Shown here one piece after another: positions 1 to 12,918 of a stretch of DNA of 64,000 nucleotides. Position numbers and translations under genes: made by a program. Each line of letters begins with the position of its first letter. Position 1 is the stretch's first letter. Under the pieces are notes generated by a model. It saw only the letters and a program-made list of their open reading frames with translations, was not told the DNA's origin and did not search any database. Source of the DNA: Candidatus Woesearchaeota archaeon (lineage in GTDB: Archaea > Nanobdellota > Nanobdellia > Woesearchaeales > JAFGLG01); NCBI GenBank assembly GCA_016928155.1, contig JAFGLG010000005.1, positions 128,340-192,339 on the forward strand, in the 5' to 3' direction.

Positions 1-2501
1 AGACACCTGAGAACATACAGATTGAGAGAGAATTCAAGACAGAGATATACCTGAACATACAAGAAGAATCCACAGAACTTCTCAGGAAAGAACGGATGCC
101 CTATATTGTCGTTCAGAAGAAGACATACATGAGAGAATGGAAGAGCGTGTATTCCGTTCCTGTCTACAGGCTTGACCAATATGAAAGAATAGTGAGGTGG
201 ATAGAATACAAGACAAGGCACCGACTTCCGATGTACAATGCAGACATAGCGCCAGAACAGCACTATCTCTATGAGAATGACCTTCGTCCATGCAGTGCAG
301 TGGAGATCAGCGGGTCAAGGATAACCCCATTGAAGACAGATGAGACAGCAGTGATGAAGGTCATGAGAGTGAAAGTCATCTCTTCAGGCGATGTCAGGCA
401 GAGCACAGAGATGCAGGTCAAAGAGATAATAGCAGACAGGAACAGATACCAGGGGAAGGAAGAAGTGATACTGCATGAGTTCGCAGAATATTTCAAGAGA
501 GAGGACCCGGATGTTGTTGTCATGCAATATGGATTCTCAAGGCTCCCCTATCTTGTGAAAAGGATGGAAGGGCATGGTATTGGATGCCCGTTCCACCGCT
601 GGGACCCTAAAGAGATAAAATACAAAGGAGGGAAATCATTCTACAGCTACGGCAATGTCAGATACAGGGATTTTGCAGTCCGTCTTAATGGACGTTTCCT
701 CATCGATACATCCTCCATGCTGGCAAGCGAATGCTCAGTGGACGGCATAGCAGAGCTGAGCTATCTCTCAGGAGTCCGCTTCCAGCAGATAGCATCGAGG
801 AGCTTCGGAGCAGTTTTCCAGGGATCACTGGTGCGGCATATGATACAGCAAGGCATCCTGGTCCCATTCAAGGAGAAGCCAGTAGAGAAGCCGATGAGCA
901 TGTTCCAATTATTGAAGTCAGACAGGAGCGCACACACATATGACCCCAAGGTCGGGATGCACCATGATGTTGCAGAGATAGATTTCTCGTCGATGTTCCC
1001 ATGGCTCATCTTCAACCATAATATAAGTGCAGAGACGATACTGTCAGACAAAGGGCCGTTCGACAAGGTGCCTGGCATACCAGTGAGAGTATCATTGCAG
1101 CACAAAGGATTTGTGCCACTTGCGATAAAACCACTGCTCGATCGCCGTATGGAATACAAGAAGAATCCGACACGGGTCAACAAGGAGAGAGCAGTAGGCC
1201 TGAAATGGGTGCTTGTGACAAGCTATGGCTACCTGCGCTTCAGGGAATTCAAGCTCGGAGTGGCAAGCTCCCACATGGCCATATGCGCGTATGCAAGAGA
1301 AGTGCTGCTCAAGGCAGCGAAGCTTGCAGAAGACAGGGGCTTTGAGATAGTGCATGGCATAATCGACTCGCTCTACATAAAGAAGAAAGGAGTGCAAGCT
1401 GATGAGGTCAAGGAGTTCTGCGAAGAGCTGCACCAGATAACAGGGATACCGATAAGCTTTGAGGGGATATTCAAGTGGATATGCTTCCTGCCGAGCGTGA
1501 ATGACAATTATAGGCCAGTGCCCACAAGATTCTATGGAATATTCGACAATGGTGATGTGAAAGCAAGAGGGATCGAGGTGAGGCAGAGGAGCTGTCCGCT
1601 GATTGTGAAATATTTCCAGCAGAAGGTCCTGGAGAATATGGCAGGATGCGGGAATGAAGAGGAGATAAAGCAGATGATACCAGCATTCTACAGGATGCTC
1701 AGGAATACAGTGGACAGATTAGAAGAGCTTGATGCAGACTGGCTTGCAAGCTCAGTGTGTGCCGCGACATCTGACTACAAGCATGAGATAAGCCAGAAGA
1801 AAGCAGTCAGAGAGCTCAAGAAGAAAGGCATAAGAGTCATGCCAGGGCAGAAGATAAGCTACATCTATGGAAAACATGGGATAGTGCTTCCAGAAGATTA
1901 TGACATGAATCCTGATGTCATGCAGTACAGGAGACTCCTGATCAGGGCACTATATTCAGTGCTGCAGGTGTTCGGCATAACAAAAGAAGAGATCCGAGAA
2001 GGTATCATGGATGAGATGCAGACAAGGATAATGTGCATCCCGATGAGAAAGGATTTCAAGAACAGGCGAGGATTATCAGAAAAAGAGCTGAGAAGGAGGC
2101 TTGAAAGGCATGGATGGCTTGTCTGGAGAGGGGACATGCTCGCTGCGATACGCACAAGAGAGCTGTATCCGAATGTCGAGAGAAAATATAAGATGCTGAC
2201 TGATCTGCTTGAAAGGCATCACCCAGGCAGACTCGAAGAGCTACAGTACATATGCGCTGTGCATCATGGGATGCCAGATTTCCTCTGCTACAGGGATTGC
2301 AGGTTCAAATTCGTGGAATGCAAGCTCGAATATGAACCGCTGAGCGATGCGCAGAAGAGATGCATCCGGCGGCTGGAAGGGATGGGGTTCGGTGTCGAGA
2401 TACATAAGCTTGTGCAGAAGACCAGAATGAATGAAGCGGTTTATGTTGGAGATGAGAAGGTCATTATCGAAAAACAATTACCACTTAGGACGTTTGCATG
2501 A
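1..2501 (+). CDS. Family B DNA polymerase, PolB2-type, with C-terminal VRR-NUC-like nuclease domain; 5'-truncated by window edge
   Basis: Frame is open from position 3, upstream of the ATG at 96. Motif A EIDFSSMFP, motif B KWVLVTSYGY, motif C HGIIDSLY (PolB2-like degeneration of DTDS). C-terminal GMPDFL...FVECK...LSDAQ is a PD-(D/E)xK motif. Confidence 0.85.
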   Translation, partial: TPENIQIEREFKTEIYLNIQEESTELLRKERMPYIVVQKKTYMREWKSVYSVPVYRLDQYERIVRWIEYKTRHRLPMYNADIAPEQHYLYENDLRPCSAVEISGSRITPLKTDETAVMKVMRVKVISSGDVRQSTEMQVKEIIADRNRYQGKEEVILHEFAEYFKREDPDVVVMQYGFSRLPYLVKRMEGHGIGCPFHRWDPKEIKYKGGKSFYSYGNVRYRDFAVRLNGRFLIDTSSMLASECSVDGIAELSYLSGVRFQQIASRSFGAVFQGSLVRHMIQQGILVPFKEKPVEKPMSMFQLLKSDRSAHTYDPKVGMHHDVAEIDFSSMFPWLIFNHNISAETILSDKGPFDKVPGIPVRVSLQHKGFVPLAIKPLLDRRMEYKKNPTRVNKERAVGLKWVLVTSYGYLRFREFKLGVASSHMAICAYAREVLLKAAKLAEDRGFEIVHGIIDSLYIKKKGVQADEVKEFCEELHQITGIPISFEGIFKWICFLPSVNDNYRPVPTRFYGIFDNGDVKARGIEVRQRSCPLIVKYFQQKVLENMAGCGNEEEIKQMIPAFYRMLRNTVDRLEELDADWLASSVCAATSDYKHEISQKKAVRELKKKGIRVMPGQKISYIYGKHGIVLPEDYDMNPDVMQYRRLLIRALYSVLQVFGITKEEIREGIMDEMQTRIMCIPMRKDFKNRRGLSEKELRRRLERHGWLVWRGDMLAAIRTRELYPNVERKYKMLTDLLERHHPGRLEELQYICAVHHGMPDFLCYRDCRFKFVECKLEYEPLSDAQKRCIRRLEGMGFGVEIHKLVQKTRMNEAVYVGDEKVIIEKQLPLRTFA

Positions 2502-2630
2502 GAACCTCACTTGGTGTAGCAACATTATTTTCATATATCAGACTACCATAAATTATTTAAGAAAGTATTAATTCCTAATGGATAGTAAAAAAAGAGTTCT
2601 GTGATAAAAAACTGCTATGGGGGTATTGAA

Positions 2631-3065
2631 ATGAAAAAGTATCTAGTTTTTGCACTTGTGTTTTTGCTAAGCACTTTCGCTGTTTATGCCTTAAATTCAG
2701 CACAAAAATCAGATTCTGCACTGATACCTGGGACAGAGCATGTGACTGTACCAGCGCGATTCGACCTGTACCTGAATCAGGCAGCAATTCTTCATAACAA
2801 TTGGATAAGCTTTGCCTATGTTGATGAGATTGCACAAGTAAAGGTTATCAGACTGAACCAGGGAGAATCAAAATCAGTGAAACCTGTCTTGATAGAAGTC
2901 AAGTACACTGATGGACCGACATTTAGCCCTGCGGACCCTATACACACCGAATATTTTTATATGGACATCGGCGACAGCGTGTATTTCAATGGAGTCGTAC
3001 TGGACCTGACAGGGATAAGCAACACATGGAATGTTGAATTCTATGTGCACTATCCTGAATGGTAA
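2631..3065 (+). CDS. Secreted hypothetical protein
   Basis: MKKYLVFALVFLLSTFAVYA signal peptide; T-rich tract after the stop. Confidence 0.7.
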   Translation: MKKYLVFALVFLLSTFAVYALNSAQKSDSALIPGTEHVTVPARFDLYLNQAAILHNNWISFAYVDEIAQVKVIRLNQGESKSVKPVLIEVKYTDGPTFSPADPIHTEYFYMDIGDSVYFNGVVLDLTGISNTWNVEFYVHYPEW

Positions 3066-3148
3066 ACCCTATCTTTTCTCTTTTTTATTTTCTTTCTCTA
3101 TTCCCGTGATACAAAATCTATTTAAGCCTCAGAGTCAAAGCTAAGGTC

Positions 3149-3748
3149 ATGTGCGGCAGATTCATCTTGACAGTGGATATCGGAGAGATATTGAAGAGAT
3201 TCAAGGTAGAGACAGATATCAGAACGAATCCCAGACATAATATTGCACCGACACAGAACATCCTCATAATCACTTCTCACGAGCCAAGCAAACTGAACAT
3301 TGCCAGATGGGGGCTGATGCCATCATGGGCAAAGCACCCAATAATCAACACAAGAGAAGACAGCATCACAAAACCCCTGTACAAATCGCTCAATAGATGC
3401 CTGATCCCTGCAGACGGTTTCTTTGAATGGAAGAAGGTAGGAAGCAAGAAGATCCCCTATTTCATATCGCTCAAAGGGAAGAAGATCTTTGCTTTCGCAG
3501 GTCTATGCAATCAGGAAGCCTGTTCAATCATCACAACAGCAGCAAATCAATTGGTGAAACCTATCCATGACAGGATGCCGGCAATACTTGAACAGAAAGA
3601 AGAGAGAAGATGGCTTAAAGGGATGGACAAGGATCTGCTGAGACCCTATCCTTCTGACGAGATGCAATGCATACAGATAAGCGATCTTGTGAACTCACCG
3701 AAGAATGATAATCCTGAGGTCATCGCAGCCCAGAACCTGCTTAAATAG
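3149..3748 (+). CDS. SRAP/YedK (HMCES-like) abasic-site-processing protein
   Basis: N-terminal MCGRF, NIAPTQ, RWGL, DGFFEW, IHDRMPAIL. Confidence 0.93.
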   Translation: MCGRFILTVDIGEILKRFKVETDIRTNPRHNIAPTQNILIITSHEPSKLNIARWGLMPSWAKHPIINTREDSITKPLYKSLNRCLIPADGFFEWKKVGSKKIPYFISLKGKKIFAFAGLCNQEACSIITTAANQLVKPIHDRMPAILEQKEERRWLKGMDKDLLRPYPSDEMQCIQISDLVNSPKNDNPEVIAAQNLLK

Positions 3749-3809
3749 GGCCTCACAAACTTTATATACCTTAAAGACCACCATATCATCAGCCAATGAG
3801 GTGGGAACG

Positions 3810-4106
3810 ATGATAACTCTGGGCAGTAATATCGAATTAGTTGGTTTCAAGGAAGTAGACCCTGGTTCTATGGTGATTGTTCGCAAGATGGTGGGCAATT
3901 ATTTCAGGAGATTCACTGACACCAAAGGCGGGATTGAGAAACTTACACTGACGCTGAAGCCTGTCCATGCGCAGGATGAGAACAGCAAATTCGAGCTCAA
4001 AGGCAGGGTCGCCATGAGCGGCGCTGTCAAGGCCAGCGAAGCCACTGAGAAGAACCTTTTCTTTGCACTCGACAAGGTGCTCAGCAGGATAGAAGCACAA
4101 CTATAA
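3810..4106 (+). CDS. Stand-alone HPF/RaiA-like domain protein (putative ribosome hibernation factor)
   Basis: GAGGTG SD before ATG 3810; 98 aa; beta-alpha-beta-beta-beta-alpha pattern ending NLFFALDKVLSRIEAQL, like the HPF terminal helix. Confidence 0.55.
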   Translation: MITLGSNIELVGFKEVDPGSMVIVRKMVGNYFRRFTDTKGGIEKLTLTLKPVHAQDENSKFELKGRVAMSGAVKASEATEKNLFFALDKVLSRIEAQL

Positions 4107-4117
4107 CCCCGATCTAT

Positions 4118-4759
4118 ATGCCTGAAACCACAAAGAAGGAAGCTGTAGAGGGAATGAAAAGCGCAATCGAGGGCCTCATCAGCAGATACAATGAATGCGG
4201 CAGAGCTGACATAGACCTTCTCGACGAGGTAATAAACCGCCGCGTGCTTCTGAACAGCTGGGATGAACTGAGAGGCCCTGAGAGAGACGGGCATGAGCTA
4301 GGAAGGCAGATGATCATGCTGGCAGAATCAGTCGACAGGATACTCCAGGAAAACTATCCAGTCTTCTTCGGACCGCGTGCCGAGGAGGCAGAGCAATGCA
4401 TACCCACAATAATCGACCTGACCAAAAGGTACTATGCAAGCGAGCGTACACTCACTGATTTCATCAGCAATGCAGAGACGGCATTCAATGGAGCCATAAT
4501 GCAATATAGGAAAAGACTGGAATTCCTGACAGGATATCCTGACACTCTTGTGGAAAATGAGAGGGATATCATCATCACAGGCCTACATCAGCTGCTTGTC
4601 CTGGCGACAGAGATGAATAGTTTCTGGATTGAAAAATCCAATGGACAAGGGGTATCTGGAAAAAAACCATTTGACACCCAGCTCTATGAGATCATCGGAT
4701 GCTTGAGAGAATATTCAAATGAGACTGAGAGCCAGGAACGCCATGGCCCAGATGCCTGA
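4118..4759 (+). CDS. Hypothetical protein
   Basis: 213-aa ORF with genome-typical codon usage. Confidence 0.6.
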   Translation: MPETTKKEAVEGMKSAIEGLISRYNECGRADIDLLDEVINRRVLLNSWDELRGPERDGHELGRQMIMLAESVDRILQENYPVFFGPRAEEAEQCIPTIIDLTKRYYASERTLTDFISNAETAFNGAIMQYRKRLEFLTGYPDTLVENERDIIITGLHQLLVLATEMNSFWIEKSNGQGVSGKKPFDTQLYEIIGCLREYSNETESQERHGPDA

Positions 4760-4947
4760 ATTCAAGCTCCCAAGAGGCTATAAAGCCATTCTAGAAAGAA
4801 AAGATTTATATATGAGAAAGTGATTTTTCAGATTGAAAGAGAGGCGCTATATCCCCTAAATTCTGGGCTTATAGACCGTCTGGACAAAACCAGAACTAAA
4901 GTGAAAAAGGCGTATTGATTTCATTATAGAAAATAAATATAAGATAG

Positions 4948-8133
<3,186 letters not shown>

Positions 8134-8245
8134 TTATAACAAATTCTATTTTTTATGTTAATATAATAACAATAAGTTAAAGTATTGTATAAGATTTCTA
8201 TATTCAGCCAACGCAATTCCCAAAAAACTAAAGGAGTGATAATAA

Positions 8246-8473
8246 ATGACATATGGACCAAACCAACAGCAACCTGCATATGCAATGCTTTCAATAGATC
8301 CAAACCTGGCATATGGATCTGATCCTGAAAGGCGCCAAACAAATACCCTCTGTGCAGCAGATTTCCTCCCTTATGAAGTCCTTGCACAGATAAACAGGAA
8401 CAGAGCTGCAGTGCAGCCGAGCGAATTTGATGCTGCTGTTGAAGCAGAGCATGCACTGGCTGTGAACTATTAG
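8246..8473 (+). CDS. Small hypothetical protein
   Basis: GGAGTGA SD upstream; 75 aa. Confidence 0.5.
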   Translation: MTYGPNQQQPAYAMLSIDPNLAYGSDPERRQTNTLCAADFLPYEVLAQINRNRAAVQPSEFDAAVEAEHALAVNY

Positions 8474-8549
8474 CCATCAACAGCTCGCAACCTTTTCTAT
8501 GTTTTTCTTTTCACATATTCTTAAATAATATCTGGCATTACACTGCTCC

Positions 8550-9170
8550 ATGGATGATCTTCCAGCACCGCCGAAAGGGTATATGCTGTTTGCACAGAGC
8601 AGCATAGCCGGCACACTGGACATTGATTATCAAGCCCAGACCATGGGAAGGCAGAACCGGGATGCAGGAGTGCTGCGCTTCACAGAAGACTACACTTTTG
8701 TCAATATCGCTGATGTCTGCAGATATAAACAGACCCTTGATGACTATGTGGCTGAATCAACTTTCCTGTCAGATCTCAGCAAACTCGGATTCACAAGAGA
8801 AGACCTGCCGGATCTCGAGAAAGAGATAGGATTCGACAAGACAAGGTTCTTGGGGAAGACAAGGTACAAAGCAGACTCGATCGACAGAGTCCTGGAATAT
8901 TTTCCAGAACCAGAAAATGAGAAAAAACCAGAAAAAGAAGAGGAGAGAATTGACTTCTCCCAATCGAAGATGATCACAGTGCAGGAAGCAGCTGCAATGA
9001 TCAGGCAATACAGCCTGCCGCTGAACACAATTGTGGAGTTCAGAAAAAAATACCAGGACAATCCGGAAGCGGCAGTCATTGAAGGAAGCTCTGTGAAGAG
9101 ATTCAATGAACTGGCACTCGAGATGTTCATCCTCAGGATACTTGAAGAGAAAGACGCACAAAATATATAA
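8550..9170 (+). CDS. Hypothetical protein
   Basis: 206-aa ORF, TATA-like TTAAATA upstream. Confidence 0.6.
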   Translation: MDDLPAPPKGYMLFAQSSIAGTLDIDYQAQTMGRQNRDAGVLRFTEDYTFVNIADVCRYKQTLDDYVAESTFLSDLSKLGFTREDLPDLEKEIGFDKTRFLGKTRYKADSIDRVLEYFPEPENEKKPEKEEERIDFSQSKMITVQEAAAMIRQYSLPLNTIVEFRKKYQDNPEAAVIEGSSVKRFNELALEMFILRILEEKDAQNI

Positions 9171-9193
9171 AGCGACAAAATTGCTGAATTCTC

Positions 9194-11302
9194 ATGTGCG
9201 GCATCATAGGATATTTCGGGCCAGAGCTGGATAAAGAGAAGATAAGAGCAGCTTTTGCCCTGATAGAATCACGAGGGAAAGATGCATATGGATACAGCAA
9301 TGGCTCTACAGTCGAGATCAAGAAGCATATAGACAGACTTTCGCTGAAGGATACAACAAATTTCTTCTTACACAAACTCCATTCCATTGTCGGAAGCAGA
9401 CCACAGCCATTCAAAGGCAAAGGGATCTTCATCGCGAACTGCGAGATATACAACTGGGAAGAACTGGACCAGAAATATGATCTCGGTGCAGGGAATGATG
9501 CAGAGCTGATGTTCAGGCTTATTGAGGAAAAAGGGACAGATGCACTTGATGAGTTTGATGGTGTCTATGCTTTCGCCTACTGGCGCGACGGAAAAGTGAT
9601 CCTCGCCCGGGACATAATAGGAGAAAGACCAATATGGGTGTCAAGGACAACATTTGCCTTCAGCTCAGAGAAGAAAGTGCTGGAGGCAATGGGATTAGAT
9701 GATGCAGAGGAGCTGAATCCTCGCAAGATACTGACCTATAAAATCAAGACCAAGGAGAAGGGATATGTCGAGAGAGAATTCTTCAAGACAGAACCACAGG
9801 TCAAGGATAATCTACAGGGAATAAAGAAGAGATTGAATGGGCTGCTCACAAATGCAATATCAAAAAGGGTGCCTGACACAAGGATCGGGGTGCTGTTCTC
9901 AGGGGGGATTGATTCAACACTCATTGCATTCATCCTAAAGGAATTAAGGGTAGATTTCACATGTTATGCAGCGGGGCTTGTGCAGGAAGGGCTGAAAGAG
10001 GCAGAAGACCTTGTACATGCAGAGAAGATAGCAAAAGAATTAGGATTCCCGCTGAAGTTGATAACAATAGGCCTGGATGAGGTTGAAGCATACCTGACAA
10101 AGATCGTGCCGCTCATCGAAGACAGCAATGTGGTCAAGGTAGGAGTTGCACTGCCATTCTATCTGGCATGCGAAGAAGCGCAGAAAGACGGAGTCAGAGT
10201 GATATTCTCTGGCCTGGGAAGCGAGGAGATATTTGCAGGATACCAAAGACATGAGCAGAGCCAGGATATAAACAAGGAATGCCTGCACGGACTGCTGAAG
10301 ATGTATGAGAGAGACCTATACAGGGATGATGTCATCACAATGCACCACAATATTGAACTGAGACTTCCATTCCTCGACAAGAAATTGGTTGGGTATGCAC
10401 TGCAGATACCTGCAAAGTACAAAATAAAGGATGATGTGAAGAAATGGATAATACGCGAAGTGGCTAAGGATCTTGGAATGAAAGCTGAGTTTGCCATGCG
10501 GAAGAAGAAAGCAGCACAGTACGGCAGCAATTTTGACAAGGCAATACAGAAATTAGCAGCAAAGCAGAAGAAAAGCAAATCAGGATATCTGAGGGATTTC
10601 TATCCGACGCATAATCTCAAAATAGGTGTGCTTTTCAGCTCAGGCAAGGACAGCACTTATGCAATGCACATCATGATGAAGCAGAACTATGAGATAAGCT
10701 GCCTGATCTCCCTCAAGAGCAAGAATCCTGATTCCTATATGTTCCATACACCGAATATCGACATGGTCAAACTCCAGTCAGAAGCACTCGGGATACCATT
10801 GATACTTGAAGAAACACAAGGAGAGAAGGAGACAGAGCTCGAGGACCTTGAAAAAGCGATCATAAGAGCAAAAACAGAATATAGTATAGATGCAATATGC
10901 ACAGGGGCCCTGTTTTCCAATTACCAAAGAGACAGGATTGAGAAGATATGCGACAGGCTCGGGCTAAAGATGTTCTCGCCGCTCTGGCACAAGGACCAGG
11001 AGCTTGAGATGAGGGAGATAATCAATGAGGGATTCAAGTTCATGATGAGCAGCGTCGCGGCAGAAGGGCTGGATGCAAGCTGGCTCGGTCGGGAGATAAC
11101 CTTGACTGACGTCGACAAACTAGTTCAGCTGCACAGAAGGATCGGCCTGAATGTCTGCGGCGAAGGCGGGGAGTTCGAATCGCTCGTTGTCGACGGGCCG
11201 ATATTCAGGAAAAGGATCATCGTCAAGGAATCTGAAGTCCTGACTGACGGATCAAACGCAAAGATCATAATAAAACAGGCCGGACTCATGGAAAAGACCT
11301 AA
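9194..11302 (+). CDS. Fusion: class II glutamine amidotransferase/asparagine synthetase-like domains + diphthine-ammonia ligase (Dph6)
   Basis: N-terminal MCGIIG; AsnB PP-loop FSGGIDS and SGLGSEEIFAGY; second PP-loop FSSGKDS, SYMFH and CGEGGEFES typical of Dph6. Confidence 0.88.
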   Translation: MCGIIGYFGPELDKEKIRAAFALIESRGKDAYGYSNGSTVEIKKHIDRLSLKDTTNFFLHKLHSIVGSRPQPFKGKGIFIANCEIYNWEELDQKYDLGAGNDAELMFRLIEEKGTDALDEFDGVYAFAYWRDGKVILARDIIGERPIWVSRTTFAFSSEKKVLEAMGLDDAEELNPRKILTYKIKTKEKGYVEREFFKTEPQVKDNLQGIKKRLNGLLTNAISKRVPDTRIGVLFSGGIDSTLIAFILKELRVDFTCYAAGLVQEGLKEAEDLVHAEKIAKELGFPLKLITIGLDEVEAYLTKIVPLIEDSNVVKVGVALPFYLACEEAQKDGVRVIFSGLGSEEIFAGYQRHEQSQDINKECLHGLLKMYERDLYRDDVITMHHNIELRLPFLDKKLVGYALQIPAKYKIKDDVKKWIIREVAKDLGMKAEFAMRKKKAAQYGSNFDKAIQKLAAKQKKSKSGYLRDFYPTHNLKIGVLFSSGKDSTYAMHIMMKQNYEISCLISLKSKNPDSYMFHTPNIDMVKLQSEALGIPLILEETQGEKETELEDLEKAIIRAKTEYSIDAICTGALFSNYQRDRIEKICDRLGLKMFSPLWHKDQELEMREIINEGFKFMMSSVAAEGLDASWLGREITLTDVDKLVQLHRRIGLNVCGEGGEFESLVVDGPIFRKRIIVKESEVLTDGSNAKIIIKQAGLMEKT

Positions 11303-11526
11303 ATAATCTGCCTGGAGAACGGACATCATTCTTGACAATGAGGTGAAAAGTGACAAGGAACAGTGGATGCACCTTTCTTACCACCTGCAGACCTGCTCGG
11401 CGTACCCATATGCTCCCGCCTGTGCCTTGATCCAAGGTCTGAAAATACAATATTACCAATAATACCCCCAAGGGGATCAGGCCTGCAGAAGCTTTCTCTG
11501 CAGCCCAGCAGGCGATAACTGAAACC

Positions 11527-11976
11527 TCAGTTCAGGCTGAGAAAACTGACCAGGGTGATTCTCTTCAGATTACCATCCTGAAAAATGTCATATGAATTGG
11601 ATATGTAGAACCTTTCGGACGGATGATAACAGAGAGACCTGCGGCAGAACTCCCTCACAGGCCCTACAGGCGGATTCGCTGTCCTGAAAGAGAGATAAAG
11701 GGCATCCAAATCTTCTCCAGAGACCTCCCCACCATCGGTAGTATCAGCCAAAGCAGCCAAAAACTCGATGTAAGACAGGGAATATGTCCTGGCAATATGC
11801 TGATCAGCCCCAAAATTCCTGGATTCCCATGCAACAAAGGCATCACTCAGGGTTTTCAGGGCAGAATCATCCTTCCTTGAGAAGTATCCAATAATCTCCC
11901 TTGACAGCTCTGAGTGGCTGACCATTATCTCAGGACCTGAATTCCTTATCCTGTCAGCAAGCGAGTCTTGAGCCAT
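11527..11976 (-). CDS. Hypothetical protein, possibly truncated
   Basis: ATG 11976 (MAQDSL) below a TTTATAA box; the frame stays open 66 codons past the TGA. Confidence 0.5.
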   Translation of the reverse strand: MAQDSLADRIRNSGPEIMVSHSELSREIIGYFSRKDDSALKTLSDAFVAWESRNFGADQHIARTYSLSYIEFLAALADTTDGGEVSGEDLDALYLSFRTANPPVGPVREFCRRSLCYHPSERFYISNSYDIFQDGNLKRITLVSFLSLN

Positions 11977-12093
11977 CCCGAGCGGGGAAAGATGGAGGAT
12001 TATAAACTTTTCTGGGAAAGGTAATACCACAACCGAAAATCCTCCATTATTCTCCAGCAAAAGTATAATAATCCATGATCAATCTTATCCCTT

Positions 12094-12357
12094 ATGGATA
12101 ATATTGAGATATGGATACTCAACAAAATGTGCAGAAGAGGGTATTGGGGCAATAGGCTGATTAACTTCGATGATTTGCACAACAATAAGATCTCCAGAAG
12201 AGACCTTGAACACCATCTCAGGAATCTTGAGAATCTTGGTTATATCCAAAAGAAAAAAGGAGACAAGTCTTCGCTTTACAGATACTCTCTTGTTCCTTGT
12301 CAAAAACATATTATTTTGCATATCCTAGAGGAGGTAAGTCTAAAAAATGGACATTGA
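12094..12357 (+). CDS. Small winged-helix-like protein
   Basis: LRNLENLGYIQKK...YSL wHTH wing pattern; overlaps the next gene. Confidence 0.6.
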   Translation: MDNIEIWILNKMCRRGYWGNRLINFDDLHNNKISRRDLEHHLRNLENLGYIQKKKGDKSSLYRYSLVPCQKHIILHILEEVSLKNGH

Positions 12358-12691
12358 AATACTAAGAAACAATACATTTATATATGAAGACCGGTTACAA
12401 GATGAGATGAGACTTTCAAATTTCACTGATCTGCTCGGCGATGATCCCAGGATCAAAGTACTTGATTATATGCTGGAGAACTGTATATTTGATTACACAA
12501 AAAAAGAGATAGCTGAAAACGCAGGCATATCCAGGACAACCCTTGATACCTTCTGGATCAAACTGTTGGAATATGGAGTCCTGAAAAAAACGAGGAGCAT
12601 AGGGAATGGAACTCTTTACAGGCTGAATCACAATAGTCCTATCGTGAAAAAGATGAAAGAGCTGGATCTTGAGATAACAAAAGCAAAATGA
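12347..12691 (+). CDS. Winged-HTH DNA-binding protein
   Basis: TKKEIAENAGISRTTL HTH; TRSIGNGTLYRLN wing. Confidence 0.8.
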   Translation: MDIEILRNNTFIYEDRLQDEMRLSNFTDLLGDDPRIKVLDYMLENCIFDYTKKEIAENAGISRTTLDTFWIKLLEYGVLKKTRSIGNGTLYRLNHNSPIVKKMKELDLEITKAK

Positions 12692-12900
12692 AAGGCAGAT
12701 ACAGGCATTACAAAGGGAAAGAGTATGAAGTGATCGGAATCGGCAGGGATTCTGAGACATTAGAAGATGTTGTTGTCTATAGAGCACTGTATGATGATGC
12801 GAGATTCGGGAACAATGCATTATGGGTCAGGCCAAAAGAAGAATTCTTCGGAGATGTTGAGGTGAATGGAAAGAAAAAGAAAAGGTTTGAGATGGTTTAA
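12688..12900 (+). CDS. DUF1653 family protein
   Basis: GRYRHYKG...SETLEDVVVYRALY...LWVRP...F. Confidence 0.9.
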   Translation: MKGRYRHYKGKEYEVIGIGRDSETLEDVVVYRALYDDARFGNNALWVRPKEEFFGDVEVNGKKKKRFEMV

Positions 12901-12918
12901 TAATTAAAATAGCTATAA

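Noticed and set aside
4752-4823. 23-codon ORF MPEFKLPRGYKAILERKDLYMRK overlapping the upstream stop
   Set aside because: Too short, no SD or motif; may be a remnant but cannot be supported.
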